The translations under genes and the position numbers were made by a program. Shown one piece after another: positions 39,883 to 50,076 of a DNA stretch of 64,000 bases; position 1 is the first letter of the stretch, and every line of letters begins with the position of its first letter. The notes beneath the pieces are model-generated. The model was not told the origin of the DNA, did not search any database, and was given only the letters and a program-made list of their open reading frames with translations. The stretch covers positions 1,323 through 65,322 of the forward strand of contig JBDHHV010000019.1 in assembly GCA_039589195.1 (NCBI GenBank), written 5' to 3'. The DNA comes from Gemmatimonadota bacterium (lineage in GTDB: Bacteria > Gemmatimonadota > Gemmatimonadetes > Palauibacterales > Palauibacteraceae).

Positions 39883-40668
39883 ATGGCCCGGGTCATCACG
39901 ATCGCCAATCAGAAAGGTGGCGTGGGAAAGACGACGACAGCGATCAACCTGGGCGCCTCGCTCGCGATCGCTGAGCGCCGGACTCTGGTGATCGACTGCG
40001 ACCCCCAGGGGAATGCGACCAGTGGCTTCGGTCTGAGAAAAGACAGCTCGCAGCTTTCCGTATACGACTGTCTGATCAACGGTAGATCTCTGGATGACGC
40101 CGTTCACGACGCGGTTCACTTCCCTTTCTTGAGCGTAATCCCGGCGAGTCGAGATCTCGCGGGCGCCGAAGTCGAGCTCATCGATCGTCCAAACCGGGAG
40201 CGAATCCTTCGGCAGCGGTTGTTGCAGCTGAGGGAGGCGTTCGACTACATCCTGATCGATTCGCCCCCCTCACTGGGCCTGCTCACGTTGAATGCGCTCG
40301 CGGCGGCGAACACCGTGCTGATCCCGATTCAATGCGAGTTCTACGCCCTCGAAGGGTTGAGCCAACTGCTCAACACCGTCCGGCTCGTTCAGCGGAACAT
40401 CAATCCGGACCTGGAGATCGAAGGGGTGTTGCTGACCATGTACGATTCCCGGCTCAACCTCGCCAAGCAGGTAGCGGCCGAGGCGCGTGAGTACTTTGGC
40501 GGCAAAGTGTTCGACACGATGATCCCGAGGAACATTCGCCTGGCGGAAGCGCCGAGCTTCGGACAACCGATCGCCCTCTACGATGTGCTATCGACGGGGG
40601 CCCGCGGCTACCTCAGCCTGGCGCGCGAGTTGATCGATCGAGATGAGGGAGTCCGGAAGGTTGGCTAA
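39883..40668 (+). CDS. parA: Chromosome partitioning ATPase ParA (Soj)
   Basis: MARVITIANQKGGVGKTTTAINLGASLA..., with the deviant Walker A. Confidence 0.95.
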   Translation: MARVITIANQKGGVGKTTTAINLGASLAIAERRTLVIDCDPQGNATSGFGLRKDSSQLSVYDCLINGRSLDDAVHDAVHFPFLSVIPASRDLAGAEVELIDRPNRERILRQRLLQLREAFDYILIDSPPSLGLLTLNALAAANTVLIPIQCEFYALEGLSQLLNTVRLVQRNINPDLEIEGVLLTMYDSRLNLAKQVAAEAREYFGGKVFDTMIPRNIRLAEAPSFGQPIALYDVLSTGARGYLSLARELIDRDEGVRKVG

Positions 40669-41560
40669 GAGTGACAGGCGGCTCGGGAAGGGGCTGGCGG
40701 CGCTTATCGGCGAGGAGACGTTCGACGAGTCCACGCCGCATGTGGCCGAGGGGGAAGTGTCGATCGACCGGGTGCAGGCAAATCCGTTCCAGCCGCGCTC
40801 GCGCTTCGGCGACGACACGCTGGAGGAGTTGACGGAATCGATCCGGCAGAACGGCCTGCTTCAGCCGTTGGTGGTCCGCCCGGTCGCTGACGGCTACCAG
40901 ATCGTCGCGGGGGAGCGCCGTTGGCGAGCGCTCATGCGGTTGGGGTGGAAAACCGCACCGATCGTGTCTCGCGATCTGACCGACGAGCAAATGCTGGTCC
41001 TCGCCCTCGTCGAGAACCTGCAGAGAGAGAACCTCTCCCCGCTTGAAGAGGCACGCGGATATCAACAGCTGATCGACGACTTCCAGCTCACGCAGGAGGA
41101 GGTCGGGCGTCACGTGGGGCGAGATCGCTCTACGGTCGCGAACAGCCTCAGGCTGTTGAGTCTGCCGGACGAGGTCAGAGAGCTTCTCGCCGCGGGCCGG
41201 ATATCGGCCGGTCACGCCAGGGCGATACTCGGCCTCGACGACCCGCAGCGGCGAATCGCGCTGGCGCGCGCCGTGGCGAGGGAAGGTCTGTCGGTTCGCG
41301 AGACCGAGCGCAGGGTGAGGGCGAAGGGCTCTCGGAAGAGAAAGCCATCGCGCCGAGCCGGGACCACGTCCACCGCTCGCGACCCCGTAGCCAGACGGGC
41401 CGAGCTCGTGCTCCAACGCTCACTTGGGACCCAGGTTCGAATCCACCAATCCGCCGGTCAAACCGGCGAGATCCGTATTCCGTTCCACGACCATGACGAT
41501 CTCGCTCGTCTCCTCCAACTCCTGGGGGGCGATGAGGGCGCGGAGACGCTCTCGGCGTGA
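40643..41560 (+). CDS. parB: Chromosome partitioning protein ParB (Spo0J)
   Basis: ...GKGLAALIG...; ParB box LVENLQRENLSPLEEA; HTH. Alternative TTG start at 40661. Confidence 0.9.
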   Translation: MRESGRLAKSDRRLGKGLAALIGEETFDESTPHVAEGEVSIDRVQANPFQPRSRFGDDTLEELTESIRQNGLLQPLVVRPVADGYQIVAGERRWRALMRLGWKTAPIVSRDLTDEQMLVLALVENLQRENLSPLEEARGYQQLIDDFQLTQEEVGRHVGRDRSTVANSLRLLSLPDEVRELLAAGRISAGHARAILGLDDPQRRIALARAVAREGLSVRETERRVRAKGSRKRKPSRRAGTTSTARDPVARRAELVLQRSLGTQVRIHQSAGQTGEIRIPFHDHDDLARLLQLLGGDEGAETLSA

Positions 41561-42378
41561 ACGAGCACCACGCGGGGTGGACCGTCCACCTCGTCCGGCA
41601 GGACGGAATCGAGACCCACACCATCCGGTTCAAGCGATCCACATGGGTTTTTTCGATCATAGCCCTCACGATCGTGCTGCTGGCGGCCGGGGTGCTCCTC
41701 GGACGCGGGTGGGCAAGCCGCATGGAGTCAGCGGAGACACGACGGCTCGAGGCTACGGTGGCCGAGCTGACGGATCGTCAGGCCCAGGTGGCCGAGCTCA
41801 CCGCGCGCCTCGAGCGTATCGAGTCGGACTACCTGCGCATCCAGCGCGCGTTCGGTGCGGAGGCACAGGGCACGGCCGGAGGCGCGGTGTTGCCCGCCCC
41901 GACCTCGGCCGCGGTCCGCGGCGTCCCCACCGATCCCGGGACGTCCGCCCCCGCCTGGCCGCTCGCGCAACGCGGGTTTCTCACGCGCACCTTCGGTTCG
42001 CACACGGAGCTCTCGAGATCGGGACATACGGGCATCGACATAGCAGTCCCGCTCGGCTCGTATGTCCGCGCCACGCTCGGCGGAATCGTAGAGGAGTCGG
42101 GGCGCGACTCCGTGTACGGCTTCTACGTTCGGATTGCGCACGGTGACGGGATCTCATCATTGTATGGGCATAATTCGTGGCTGTTCGCGGCGGTGGGGGA
42201 CAGCGTAGAGAGATTGCAGGTCGTCGCTCTGTCCGGTAACACAGGGCAGTCGACCGCCCCGCATCTACATTTCGAGGTCGAGCGAGACGGCGAGCTGCTC
42301 GACCCGCTCACCTATGTGGCGGACGGTGGAGCCGGCGACGACGGGGCACAGGGACGGAACGGTGTGGAACCGAGGTAA
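41557..42378 (+). CDS. M23-family (LytM-type) metallopeptidase with N-terminal TM and coiled coil
   Basis: ...HTGIDIAVPLGSYVRA...YGHNS...GNTGQSTAPHLHFEVERDGELLDPL. The GTG start overlaps the parB stop (GTGA). Confidence 0.9.
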   Translation: MNEHHAGWTVHLVRQDGIETHTIRFKRSTWVFSIIALTIVLLAAGVLLGRGWASRMESAETRRLEATVAELTDRQAQVAELTARLERIESDYLRIQRAFGAEAQGTAGGAVLPAPTSAAVRGVPTDPGTSAPAWPLAQRGFLTRTFGSHTELSRSGHTGIDIAVPLGSYVRATLGGIVEESGRDSVYGFYVRIAHGDGISSLYGHNSWLFAAVGDSVERLQVVALSGNTGQSTAPHLHFEVERDGELLDPLTYVADGGAGDDGAQGRNGVEPR

Positions 42379-42382
42379 GGAA

Positions 42383-42853
42383 ATGGCCAAAGAGCAACGG
42401 AGTGAGGGTCCGGTTCGCGAGATGAGTGACGTCGTCTCGGTGGTAGGACCAGGCATGGAGATCGTGGGCGACATCAAGTGCGACGGCACCGTGCGCGTCG
42501 AGGGCAAGGTCGAAGGAGCCATTCGAGCCACGAAGTCGGTCGTCATCGGCAAGGGTGGCACGGTCGCCGGGGATATCGAGACACAGGACGTCGTGATCGC
42601 CGGGAACGTGACCGGCACGGTGACGGGCGCGAGCCGAGTCGAGCTTCAGGAGACTTGTAGGGTCGAGGGAGACATCCGCAGTCGCCGCGTGAAATTGGAC
42701 GAGGGTGGGCGGGTCGAGGGTCGGCTTCTCATGGGAAACGAAGCGGCGAGCCGCGAAGCCAAGGATCGGCCCGCACACGCTGTCGAGAAGCGGCCGCCGC
42801 CGGCGCCGGAGAGTGCGCCCGCGCCAAACCTGTCCGCTACGGGGAGCAACTAG
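42383..42853 (+). CDS. Bactofilin (DUF583) cytoskeletal polymer-forming protein
   Basis: Repeated beta-helix pattern ...GDIKCDGTVRVEGKVEGAIRATKSVVIGKGGTVAGDIETQDVVIAGNVTGTVTGASRVELQETCRVEGDIRSRRVKLDEGGRVEGRL... SD AAGGAA lies upstream of the internal ATG. Confidence 0.85.
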   Translation: MAKEQRSEGPVREMSDVVSVVGPGMEIVGDIKCDGTVRVEGKVEGAIRATKSVVIGKGGTVAGDIETQDVVIAGNVTGTVTGASRVELQETCRVEGDIRSRRVKLDEGGRVEGRLLMGNEAASREAKDRPAHAVEKRPPPAPESAPAPNLSATGSN

Positions 42854-42874
42854 CGTTCCGCCCGCGCGGGTCGG

Positions 42875-42916
42875 TTTTCCACAGTCTTCCACAATCGGCT
42901 TGGAATGCGTTCCACA
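42875..42916 (+). promoter_or_regulatory. Cluster of three direct DnaA-box-like motifs (TTTTCCACA, TCTTCCACA, GTTCCACA)
   Basis: Three motifs within 42 bp, downstream of the bactofilin gene and upstream of the antiporter. Confidence 0.3.
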
Positions 42917-43032
42917 ACCGGGCCCGCGCCTGGACCATGCTTCGTGCACGTGCCATCCCCTGCCGGCCCGCCGCACGTCCGTGACCCCAACCTCCTTTTG
43001 TTGAACGCCGTACAACCTATTGAACGGCAACA

Positions 43033-44019
43033 GTGCTGAGAGAGGCCCTTCTCTTCGCGGCCGGTCTGGTCCTCCTGACCCTGGGCGCCGATTGGCTCGT
43101 GCGCGGATCGGCCAGCCTGGCAAAGCAACTCGGCGTCAGTCCGTTGGTCATCGGCCTGACCGTCGTGGCCTTCGGGACGTCCGCGCCAGAGTTGGTCGTG
43201 AGCGGAGCCGCGGCCCTCCGCGAGCAAGCGGGGTTGGCGGTCGGCAACGTGATGGGGTCGACGGTCGCGAACGTGGGGTTGATCGTCGGATTGGGCGCAC
43301 TCCTGCGACCGATCGCGGTGCACCGACGGCTGCTCGTGCGCGAGACACCACTCGTGATCTTCGTTCTCACGATCGTGATGCTCCTGTCGTTGAACGACGC
43401 CGTGGGCCGCCTCGACGGGTTGGCGCTCGTCACGGGCTTCCTCGTCTACATGTGGTTCTTGATGTCCTGGGCTCGCGGCGAGCGCGAGGGACGGTCCCCG
43501 CGGCAGGCCGACACCCTCACGGATCTGGTCGCAGCGCCGATCCCGCAGCCCCCGGCCAGGTTGCCGCGAGCAAGCAAGGAAACGTGGATCTCGTTGCTGG
43601 GCATCGCTCTTGGTCTTCCCGGGCTGCTTATCGGCGCCGAATGGCTGGTGGACTCGGCGACCTACATCGCGCGCGCCTTCGACATCCCGGAGGCCGTGAT
43701 CGGCGCGACGCTGGTCGCGATCGGCACGTCGCTCCCCGAACTTGCATCGGTCATCGCTGCGGCGGCGAGGGGCATGGGGGATATCGCGATCGGCAACGTG
43801 ATCGGCTCGAACGTCTTCAATCTGGGTCTGGTACTCGGGACCGCGGCCCTCCTGAGACCGCTGGAGCTTCCCCCCGAACTCGTGGTTCGCCAGGTCCTCC
43901 CCGCGCTGGCGTTCTGCGTACTCCTGATCCCGCTGGCCCTCACCCGGCAGCGAGTCGGCCGCTGGGAGGGACTGCTGCTCCTGGCCGGGTACGCGGGCTT
44001 TCTGGTCTGGACCATCTGA
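43033..44019 (+). CDS. Ca2+/Na+ antiporter (CaCA family, YrbG-like)
   Basis: Two alpha-repeats GTSAPELVVS and GTSLPELASV, with about 10 TM segments. Confidence 0.9.
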   Translation: MLREALLFAAGLVLLTLGADWLVRGSASLAKQLGVSPLVIGLTVVAFGTSAPELVVSGAAALREQAGLAVGNVMGSTVANVGLIVGLGALLRPIAVHRRLLVRETPLVIFVLTIVMLLSLNDAVGRLDGLALVTGFLVYMWFLMSWARGEREGRSPRQADTLTDLVAAPIPQPPARLPRASKETWISLLGIALGLPGLLIGAEWLVDSATYIARAFDIPEAVIGATLVAIGTSLPELASVIAAAARGMGDIAIGNVIGSNVFNLGLVLGTAALLRPLELPPELVVRQVLPALAFCVLLIPLALTRQRVGRWEGLLLLAGYAGFLVWTI

Positions 44020-44150
44020 TCCGGGGCAGACCGATCACCTGCCACAATACCGCCTCGTTTCTTGTAAAGCGCAGTCGTAAAGCTTAGGTTGCGAGCCGGC
44101 TTTCCAGCACTCCGAACAGCGAGGACGAGCCCGTGGCCGTTTCCGTGAAG

Positions 44151-44354
44151 ATGAGCCGGAAGCACCAGATCGTCATCCCGAAAGTCGCGCGGGACGCGCT
44201 CGAGCTCTCACCGGGCGACCGTCTGACCGTCATCGTGCGAGACGGCGTGATCGAGATGGAGAAGCAACCGGCCGATCTGGAGGACAGGCTCGCCGGGATG
44301 CTGGGGCACGTCACGGAGGACGCGACGCTGTGGGCGGAGCTCGAGGGTGCGTAA
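44151..44354 (+). CDS. AbrB/MazE/SpoVT-type antitoxin (VapB-like)
   Basis: MSRKHQIVIPKVARDALELSPGDRLTVIVRDGVIEMEK, a swapped-hairpin barrel motif. Confidence 0.7.
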   Translation: MSRKHQIVIPKVARDALELSPGDRLTVIVRDGVIEMEKQPADLEDRLAGMLGHVTEDATLWAELEGA

Positions 44355-44387
44355 CAGGCCCGCTGGAGCTCCTCGGCCGGGCGTCCG

Positions 44388-44843
44388 ATGAGCCAGCGAG
44401 AGGCGCTCCGCCTGCGGCTGGACGCCGCAGAGCTGGTTCACCTGGATCCGAGGGTGTTCGCATACCACCTGATAGGGGCGACCATCTACTCGGAGCTCAC
44501 GGGCGTCGTCTTCAACGGGATGAGGAGCCGCTCGTTCCGCACGCAGACCTCCTCCTTCGCCCTCTACCAGCTCCTCACGGAGGTGTACCGTCGCGGTGAG
44601 GAGGAACGGGCCGCGGAGATCTCGAAGATGATCACGGTGCACACCGGTCTCGAGCTCGTTCCGGTGACGTCGGAAGTCGCGGTACAAGCCGCGAACGTGC
44701 GAGCACAGCTGGGCGGTCGACCGGAACGCGCCGTTCAGATCGCCACGGCTCTGATCGGAGGCGCGGACGTCTATCTCACGGAAGGATCCGGCCTCCGCAG
44801 GATCGTTGGAATGGCGGTCGTCAACCTCGAAGACTACCTCTAG
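44388..44843 (+). CDS. PIN-domain (VapC-like) putative toxin
   Basis: VHLDPRVFA (N-terminal acidic site) ... IATALIGGADVYLTEGSGLRRIVGMAV (PIN C-terminal pattern). Lies 33 nt after the antitoxin. Confidence 0.5.
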   Translation: MSQREALRLRLDAAELVHLDPRVFAYHLIGATIYSELTGVVFNGMRSRSFRTQTSSFALYQLLTEVYRRGEEERAAEISKMITVHTGLELVPVTSEVAVQAANVRAQLGGRPERAVQIATALIGGADVYLTEGSGLRRIVGMAVVNLEDYL

Positions 44844-45004
44844 GAATCCTCCCTAGCGGGGCCGGCTGAGCGGGGATAGGCTATGCTCGGAACCCGGCGC
44901 TCCCTGCGCCGGTTGCTGGCATGGGAGGGGACTCCTGCCGTTTCGTCTTCCGACCCGCGCCGCGGCACAAGACGAACACAGCGGTCTTGTAGGATACTCC
45001 GAAG

Positions 45005-45682
45005 ATGAAGTGGTTACGAGACTTCTACCGGTCGTCGCTGGGCAAGAAGGCGGTAATGGCGGTGACCGGCGTGCTCCTCTTCGGCTTCGTGTTGCTCCAC
45101 ATGCTGGGGAACCTGAAGCTGTTCATGGGACCCCAGAAGCTCAACGGTTACGCGGAGGGTCTGCGAGCCTTCGGGGAGCCGATTCTGAGCCACGGCGATG
45201 TGTTGTGGATTCTGCGGATCGGCTTGCTCGCGGCGGTCGGGCTTCACGTCGTCTCCGCCTGGCAGCTGCGACGGCAGAACGCCCGGGCGCGCCCCGAGAG
45301 CTATGCCCGCACGACGCATCAGGCCGCGACCTATGCCTCGCGCAGCATGTTCTGGGGAGGAGTGCTGATCGTCGCGTTCGTCGTTTACCATCTGCTGCAC
45401 ATGACGGTCGGCAACGTGCACGCGGAGTTCGTGGTAGGCGACGTGCACCACAACATGGTCACCGCCTTCGTGAACCCGTTCGTGAGCGGTTTCTACATCG
45501 TGGCCGTCCTCGCCCTGGGGTTCCACCTGTACCACGGCCTGTGGAGCTTCTTCCAATCGTTGGGGTGGACCGGTCCACGGCTCGCCGGGTTCCGCCGGAC
45601 GTTCGCCGTCACGTTCGCGATCCTCGTGTCCGCCGGTTTCATCGCGGTCCCGGTGACCATCCTGAGCGGCCTCGTGCGCTGA
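45005..45682 (+). CDS. sdhC: Succinate dehydrogenase cytochrome b558 membrane subunit
   Basis: 225 aa, five TM segments, His-rich heme ligands. Confidence 0.85.
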   Translation: MKWLRDFYRSSLGKKAVMAVTGVLLFGFVLLHMLGNLKLFMGPQKLNGYAEGLRAFGEPILSHGDVLWILRIGLLAAVGLHVVSAWQLRRQNARARPESYARTTHQAATYASRSMFWGGVLIVAFVVYHLLHMTVGNVHAEFVVGDVHHNMVTAFVNPFVSGFYIVAVLALGFHLYHGLWSFFQSLGWTGPRLAGFRRTFAVTFAILVSAGFIAVPVTILSGLVR

Positions 45683-45700
45683 AGATCTGAGGAGCTGGCA

Positions 45701-47614
45701 ATGCAGCTCAACGCAAAGATTCCCGAAGGTCCGATAGACCGGAAGTGGGAGCGGCACCGCTTCGAGCTGAAGCTGGTCAATCCCGCCAACAAACGTTCGT
45801 TCGACATCATCGTCGTGGGGACCGGCCTCGCCGGGGGCTCCGCGGCCGCGAGCCTCGCCGAGCTCGGATACAACGTGAAAGCGTTTTGCTTCCAGGACAG
45901 CCCGCGACGGGCCCACTCGATCGCGGCACAGGGAGGCATCAACGCGGCAAAGAACTACCAGAACGACGGAGACAGCGTTTTCCGCCTCTTCTACGATACG
46001 GTCAAGGGCGGCGACTACCGCTCCAGGGAAGCGAACGTGCATCGGCTGGCCGAGCTGAGCCTCAACATCATCGATCAGTGCGCCGCCCAGGGCGTACCCT
46101 TCGCCCGCGAGTACGGAGGGACGCTCGACAACCGGTCCTTCGGTGGCGCCCAGGTCTCTCGCACCTTCTACGCGCGCGGTCAGACCGGGCAGCAGTTGCT
46201 CCTCGGCGCGTACCAGGCCCTCGCACGGCAGATCGCCGCGCGGAGGGTGAAGATGTACCCGCGTTGCGAGATGCTCGATGTGGTACTGATCGACGGCCGG
46301 GCCAGGGGGATCATCGCCCGCGATCTGGTAACGGGCCGGATCGAGCGTCACGCCGCCGACGCGGTCGTACTCGCGACGGGCGGGTACTCGAACGTCTTCT
46401 TCCTGTCGACGAACGCGAAGGGGTCCAACGCGACTGCCATCTGGCGCGCACACCGGCGCGGGGCGCTGTTTGCCAACCCGTGCTTCACCCAGATCCACCC
46501 CACGTGCATCCCCGTATCCGGCGAGCACCAGTCGAAGCTGACGCTGATGTCCGAATCGCTTCGGAACGATGGCCGCATCTGGGTGCCGAAGGATGCAGAC
46601 GACGAGAGGCCCGCGGCTCAGATACCGGGGGAGGAGCGCGACTACTTTCTGGAGCGGAAATATCCGAGCTTCGGCAACCTCGTGCCGCGCGACGTCGCGT
46701 CGCGCAACGCGAAGGAGGTCTGCGATGAGGGGCGCGGTGTGGGTCCGGGTGGGCTGGGCGTGTACCTCGATTTCGCGGACGCCATCCAGCGCGTAGGTCG
46801 CGACACGATCGAGGCGCGCTACGGCAACCTGTTCGAGATGTACGAGAAGATCACGGGCGAGGACCCGTACACCGTTCCGATGCGCATCTACCCGGCGCTC
46901 CACTACACGATGGGCGGGTTGTGGGTCGACTACAACTTGATGACCAACATCGAAGGCCTATACGCGATCGGGGAAGCCAACTTCTCCGACCATGGCGCCA
47001 ACCGACTCGGCGCGAGCGCCCTCATGCAGGGTCTGGCGGACGGCTATTTCGTCCTCCCGTACACGATCGGGGACTACCTGGCGCAGCACATGGGCGACCA
47101 CGTCGATACCGATCACCCGGCGTTCGACGCGGTCGAGTCCGAGGTCCAGGCCCGCGTCGACAGGTTGCTGGCCGTCGGGGGCTCCCGCACCGTGGACTCC
47201 TTTCACCGCGAGCTCGGAAAGCTCTTGTGGGATAGTTGCGGGATGGCGCGTGAAGAGTACGGCTTGAAGAAGGCGCTGGAGGAAATCCCGCGTCTACGGG
47301 CGGAATTCTGGCGCGATGTGACCGTCCTGGGCTCCGGTGACGGCATCAATCAGGCGCTCGAGAAAGCCGGCCGCGTGGCCGATTTCTTCGAGCTCGCCGA
47401 GCTCATGTGCCGCGACGCGCTCGAGCGAACCGAGTCCTGCGGAGGTCACTTCAGGGTCGAGAGCCAGACGCCTGAAGGCGAGGCGCTGCGCGATGACGAC
47501 AACTTCAGCTACGTCTCCGCCTGGGAGCACCGGGGCGACGATGCGGAGCCGGTCCAGCACAGGGAGCCGCTCGAATTCGAGAACGTTAAGCTCACTCAGA
47601 GGAGTTACAAATAA
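45701..47614 (+). CDS. sdhA: Succinate dehydrogenase flavoprotein subunit
   Basis: [27 protein letters not shown]...[14 protein letters not shown]... (covalent-FAD His region). Confidence 0.95.
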   Translation: MQLNAKIPEGPIDRKWERHRFELKLVNPANKRSFDIIVVGTGLAGGSAAASLAELGYNVKAFCFQDSPRRAHSIAAQGGINAAKNYQNDGDSVFRLFYDTVKGGDYRSREANVHRLAELSLNIIDQCAAQGVPFAREYGGTLDNRSFGGAQVSRTFYARGQTGQQLLLGAYQALARQIAARRVKMYPRCEMLDVVLIDGRARGIIARDLVTGRIERHAADAVVLATGGYSNVFFLSTNAKGSNATAIWRAHRRGALFANPCFTQIHPTCIPVSGEHQSKLTLMSESLRNDGRIWVPKDADDERPAAQIPGEERDYFLERKYPSFGNLVPRDVASRNAKEVCDEGRGVGPGGLGVYLDFADAIQRVGRDTIEARYGNLFEMYEKITGEDPYTVPMRIYPALHYTMGGLWVDYNLMTNIEGLYAIGEANFSDHGANRLGASALMQGLADGYFVLPYTIGDYLAQHMGDHVDTDHPAFDAVESEVQARVDRLLAVGGSRTVDSFHRELGKLLWDSCGMAREEYGLKKALEEIPRLRAEFWRDVTVLGSGDGINQALEKAGRVADFFELAELMCRDALERTESCGGHFRVESQTPEGEALRDDDNFSYVSAWEHRGDDAEPVQHREPLEFENVKLTQRSYK

Positions 47615-48378
47615 TGGATCTCGTCCTCCACGTCTGGCGCCAGTCCGGTCCTGACGCCGAAGGGCGGATGGTGCGGTACGAGGCCCCTGGCGTCGACCCC
47701 GACATGTCGTTCCTCGAGATGCTGGACGTCGTGAACGAGCGCCTTCAAGCAGAGGGCGAAGAGCCGATCGTCTTCGACCACGACTGCCGGGAGGGCATCT
47801 GCGGCGCGTGCGGGATGATGATCAACGGCATCGCGCACGGTCCCCAGGGCGGCACCACCGCCTGCCAGCTTCACATGCGCCACTTCTCGGACGGAGACGA
47901 GATCTGGATCGAGCCCTGGCGCTCCGCGGCCTTCCCGGTGCTCAAGGACCTCATGGTCGACCGCTCCGCGCTCGACCGGATCATCCAGGCCGGTGGCTAC
48001 ATCTCGGTCAACACGGGCAGCGCCCCCGACGCCAACGAGGTCCTGGTACCCAAGACCGACGCCGAACTGGCGTTCGAGGCGGCGGCGTGCATCGGGTGCG
48101 GCGCCTGCGTCGCGCAGTGCCCGAACGGGGCGGCGCACCTGTTCACAGCCGCCAAGGTGTCGCACCTCGGCCTCCTGCCGCAGGGCCAGCCCGAGCGCCG
48201 GATCAGGGTCGAGCGCATGGTGGCTCAGATGGAAGCCGAGGCGTTCGGCTCCTGCACGAACCACCGGGAGTGCGAGATCGTGTGCCCGAAGGAGATCTCC
48301 ATCGACTACATAGCCCGCATGAACCGGGACTTCCTCGGGACCAAGCTTCGCGGGCAGCTGCAGGCGAAGGCCGGCTAG
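47614..48378 (+). CDS. sdhB: Succinate dehydrogenase iron-sulfur subunit
   Basis: [15 protein letters not shown] and [12 protein letters not shown] cysteine clusters. Confidence 0.95.
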   Translation: MDLVLHVWRQSGPDAEGRMVRYEAPGVDPDMSFLEMLDVVNERLQAEGEEPIVFDHDCREGICGACGMMINGIAHGPQGGTTACQLHMRHFSDGDEIWIEPWRSAAFPVLKDLMVDRSALDRIIQAGGYISVNTGSAPDANEVLVPKTDAELAFEAAACIGCGACVAQCPNGAAHLFTAAKVSHLGLLPQGQPERRIRVERMVAQMEAEAFGSCTNHRECEIVCPKEISIDYIARMNRDFLGTKLRGQLQAKAG

Positions 48379-48435
48379 CCGCGGGTCTTTCCGCGGCCCA
48401 CACTCCGGGGCGGTCGAGGCCGAACTGCCCCCGCG

Positions 48436-50070
48436 TCACCGTGACGCGCCCGCCTCGACCGGCCTCCTACGGCGGCGGGTTTCGGAACACGATTCGCGCG
48501 ACCTGATTCGCCAGCCCACGGATCGGATGGGCGCACGCGCCTGGAATGTTGACGCGGGACAGGTGACGGGCGTGTTACGCTGGTTCGTGAGAACCGCGAC
48601 CACCAGCCCGTCGTCCCGGTAGACCTGGAGCTGCGACCGCGCCCCGAGCGCGGAGCCCCCGTGCTCGGCCACCCTGCGAGTGGGGATCGAGCATCTCAGG
48701 GAGATGTTCATCGTCCCCGTGCACACGCTGCTCAGGACCCAGGCGAGTCCGACCGATGGCCGCACCGTCCCCGCCGACCATGCGGTTGTGGTGTCGGTCA
48801 ACGAGCTCCACAGCCGGTTGTCGCGCGTGGTGGTCGAGACGATGCTCGCGTTGAGCGTAAGCCACCCGAACCGGGCCAGATCGAGCGCGTTCGTCTGAAG
48901 TCCTCCCCCCAGGACCTTCCAACTGCTGTCCTCGTAGTCGACGGTATCGGTACGGCCCGTCCTCCCGGGACGGCTGATGCCACTGCGGGAGCGGAAAGGA
49001 GCGACGTACTCGTAGCCTTGAGCCAGGTGGTACCTCGGCACCCATGACCCCCCGATGCCGCCGAACGACACGAGCGGTGCGACCGTGCGCATGCTCGCGA
49101 GCCCGAACGGCCGGGTCAGCTCATCGGTGACGATGCGCGCGATCTCCTTGTTCAGGACCTTCTCGAGCACGCCGCCCACGAAGGTGAAGCCGTGCGTGGA
49201 GTAATGGTATTGCCGCCCCGGAGTACACCCCGACAGGAGAGGGTCGTCCCAGATCTGTTTCAGCGCCGAGTCCCGCCCCTGGTAATACTGGCTCAGCGGG
49301 TCCTGGTAGAGCGTATCGTAGTGCCTCACGCAGCCGATCTTGGCGAGCAACTGCTCGAGCGTGTGCGTGTGATGTGACGGCAGGTTCGGGAGGAAGTCGG
49401 AGGTCGGTCGCTTCAGGTCGATGCGCGTTCGCTCCTCGATACGGGCGGCGATCGTCGCCCCGATGATTTTGGCGATAGATGCGGTCAGGTAGATCGTTCC
49501 GGAATTCGCCGTCTTGGCGTTGGTGCTGTCCGCCCACCCGAAGCCGCGACGGTAGATGACCTCGCCGTTTCGCATCACGACGACCGATATTCCCGGGATG
49601 CGGTGCTGTGCCCGATAGGCCCGCACCGAATCGTCGAGCGCGGCCTTGAACGGCATGTCGTAGCGGGCATCGTTCTCGGCCCACACCCCGGCGTACCGGA
49701 TTCCGTTCGCCGTGTCGTAGGCTTCGAAGTCGATCAGCCGGAGCCCCTCGTCCTCGTACTGCCGGTGATAGTTGAGGAACCACTTGAGGTCGCGGTCCGT
49801 CCGCACGGCCCACGCTCGCGAGACGGGGATCTTCTCCCAGATGGCCGCGTACCGCTGTCCTCCCGAAGTCCGGTAGGACTCGAAGTCCACGACTCGAAAG
49901 CCAAGCGCCGCAAGGCTGTCGACCTTCTGCTGGTAGGCGGTGCGGTCCATCCCACGGATCTCGTGCCAGTCCGTGTTGTTGCAGCTCCGGTACCAGACGG
50001 CGGCCCAGCGGATGCCGCCTGGTGTCGCGTACCCTTCCAGATCAACCGGGCGGTATCCGCCGCTCATCAA
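48436..50070 (-). CDS. Beta-lactamase-family serine hydrolase. N-terminal tandem roughly 50-aa repeats with motif DFE.Y....G.RYA(A/G)(V/I)W
   Basis: S-x-x-K motif SIAKII. Three repeats: GIRWAAVW, GQRYAAIW, GIRYAGVW. Confidence 0.8.
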   Translation of the reverse strand: MMSGGYRPVDLEGYATPGGIRWAAVWYRSCNNTDWHEIRGMDRTAYQQKVDSLAALGFRVVDFESYRTSGGQRYAAIWEKIPVSRAWAVRTDRDLKWFLNYHRQYEDEGLRLIDFEAYDTANGIRYAGVWAENDARYDMPFKAALDDSVRAYRAQHRIPGISVVVMRNGEVIYRRGFGWADSTNAKTANSGTIYLTASIAKIIGATIAARIEERTRIDLKRPTSDFLPNLPSHHTHTLEQLLAKIGCVRHYDTLYQDPLSQYYQGRDSALKQIWDDPLLSGCTPGRQYHYSTHGFTFVGGVLEKVLNKEIARIVTDELTRPFGLASMRTVAPLVSFGGIGGSWVPRYHLAQGYEYVAPFRSRSGISRPGRTGRTDTVDYEDSSWKVLGGGLQTNALDLARFGWLTLNASIVSTTTRDNRLWSSLTDTTTAWSAGTVRPSVGLAWVLSSVCTGTMNISLRCSIPTRRVAEHGGSALGARSQLQVYRDDGLVVAVLTNQRNTPVTCPASTFQARAPIRSVGWRIRSRESCSETRRRRRPVEAGASR

Positions 50071-50076
50071 GTTCTA

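Noticed and set aside
41425-41450. tRNA-like T-loop GGTTCGAATCC
   Set aside because: It lies inside the parB coding frame (…TQVRIHQSAGQTG…) with no acceptor or anticodon arms. It is a coincidental motif.
48379-48435. Bidirectional terminator between sdhB and the hydrolase gene (CCGCGG-gtcttt-CCGCGG)
   Set aside because: It has only a 6-bp stem and no flanking T-run on either strand. This is too weak to call from sequence alone.
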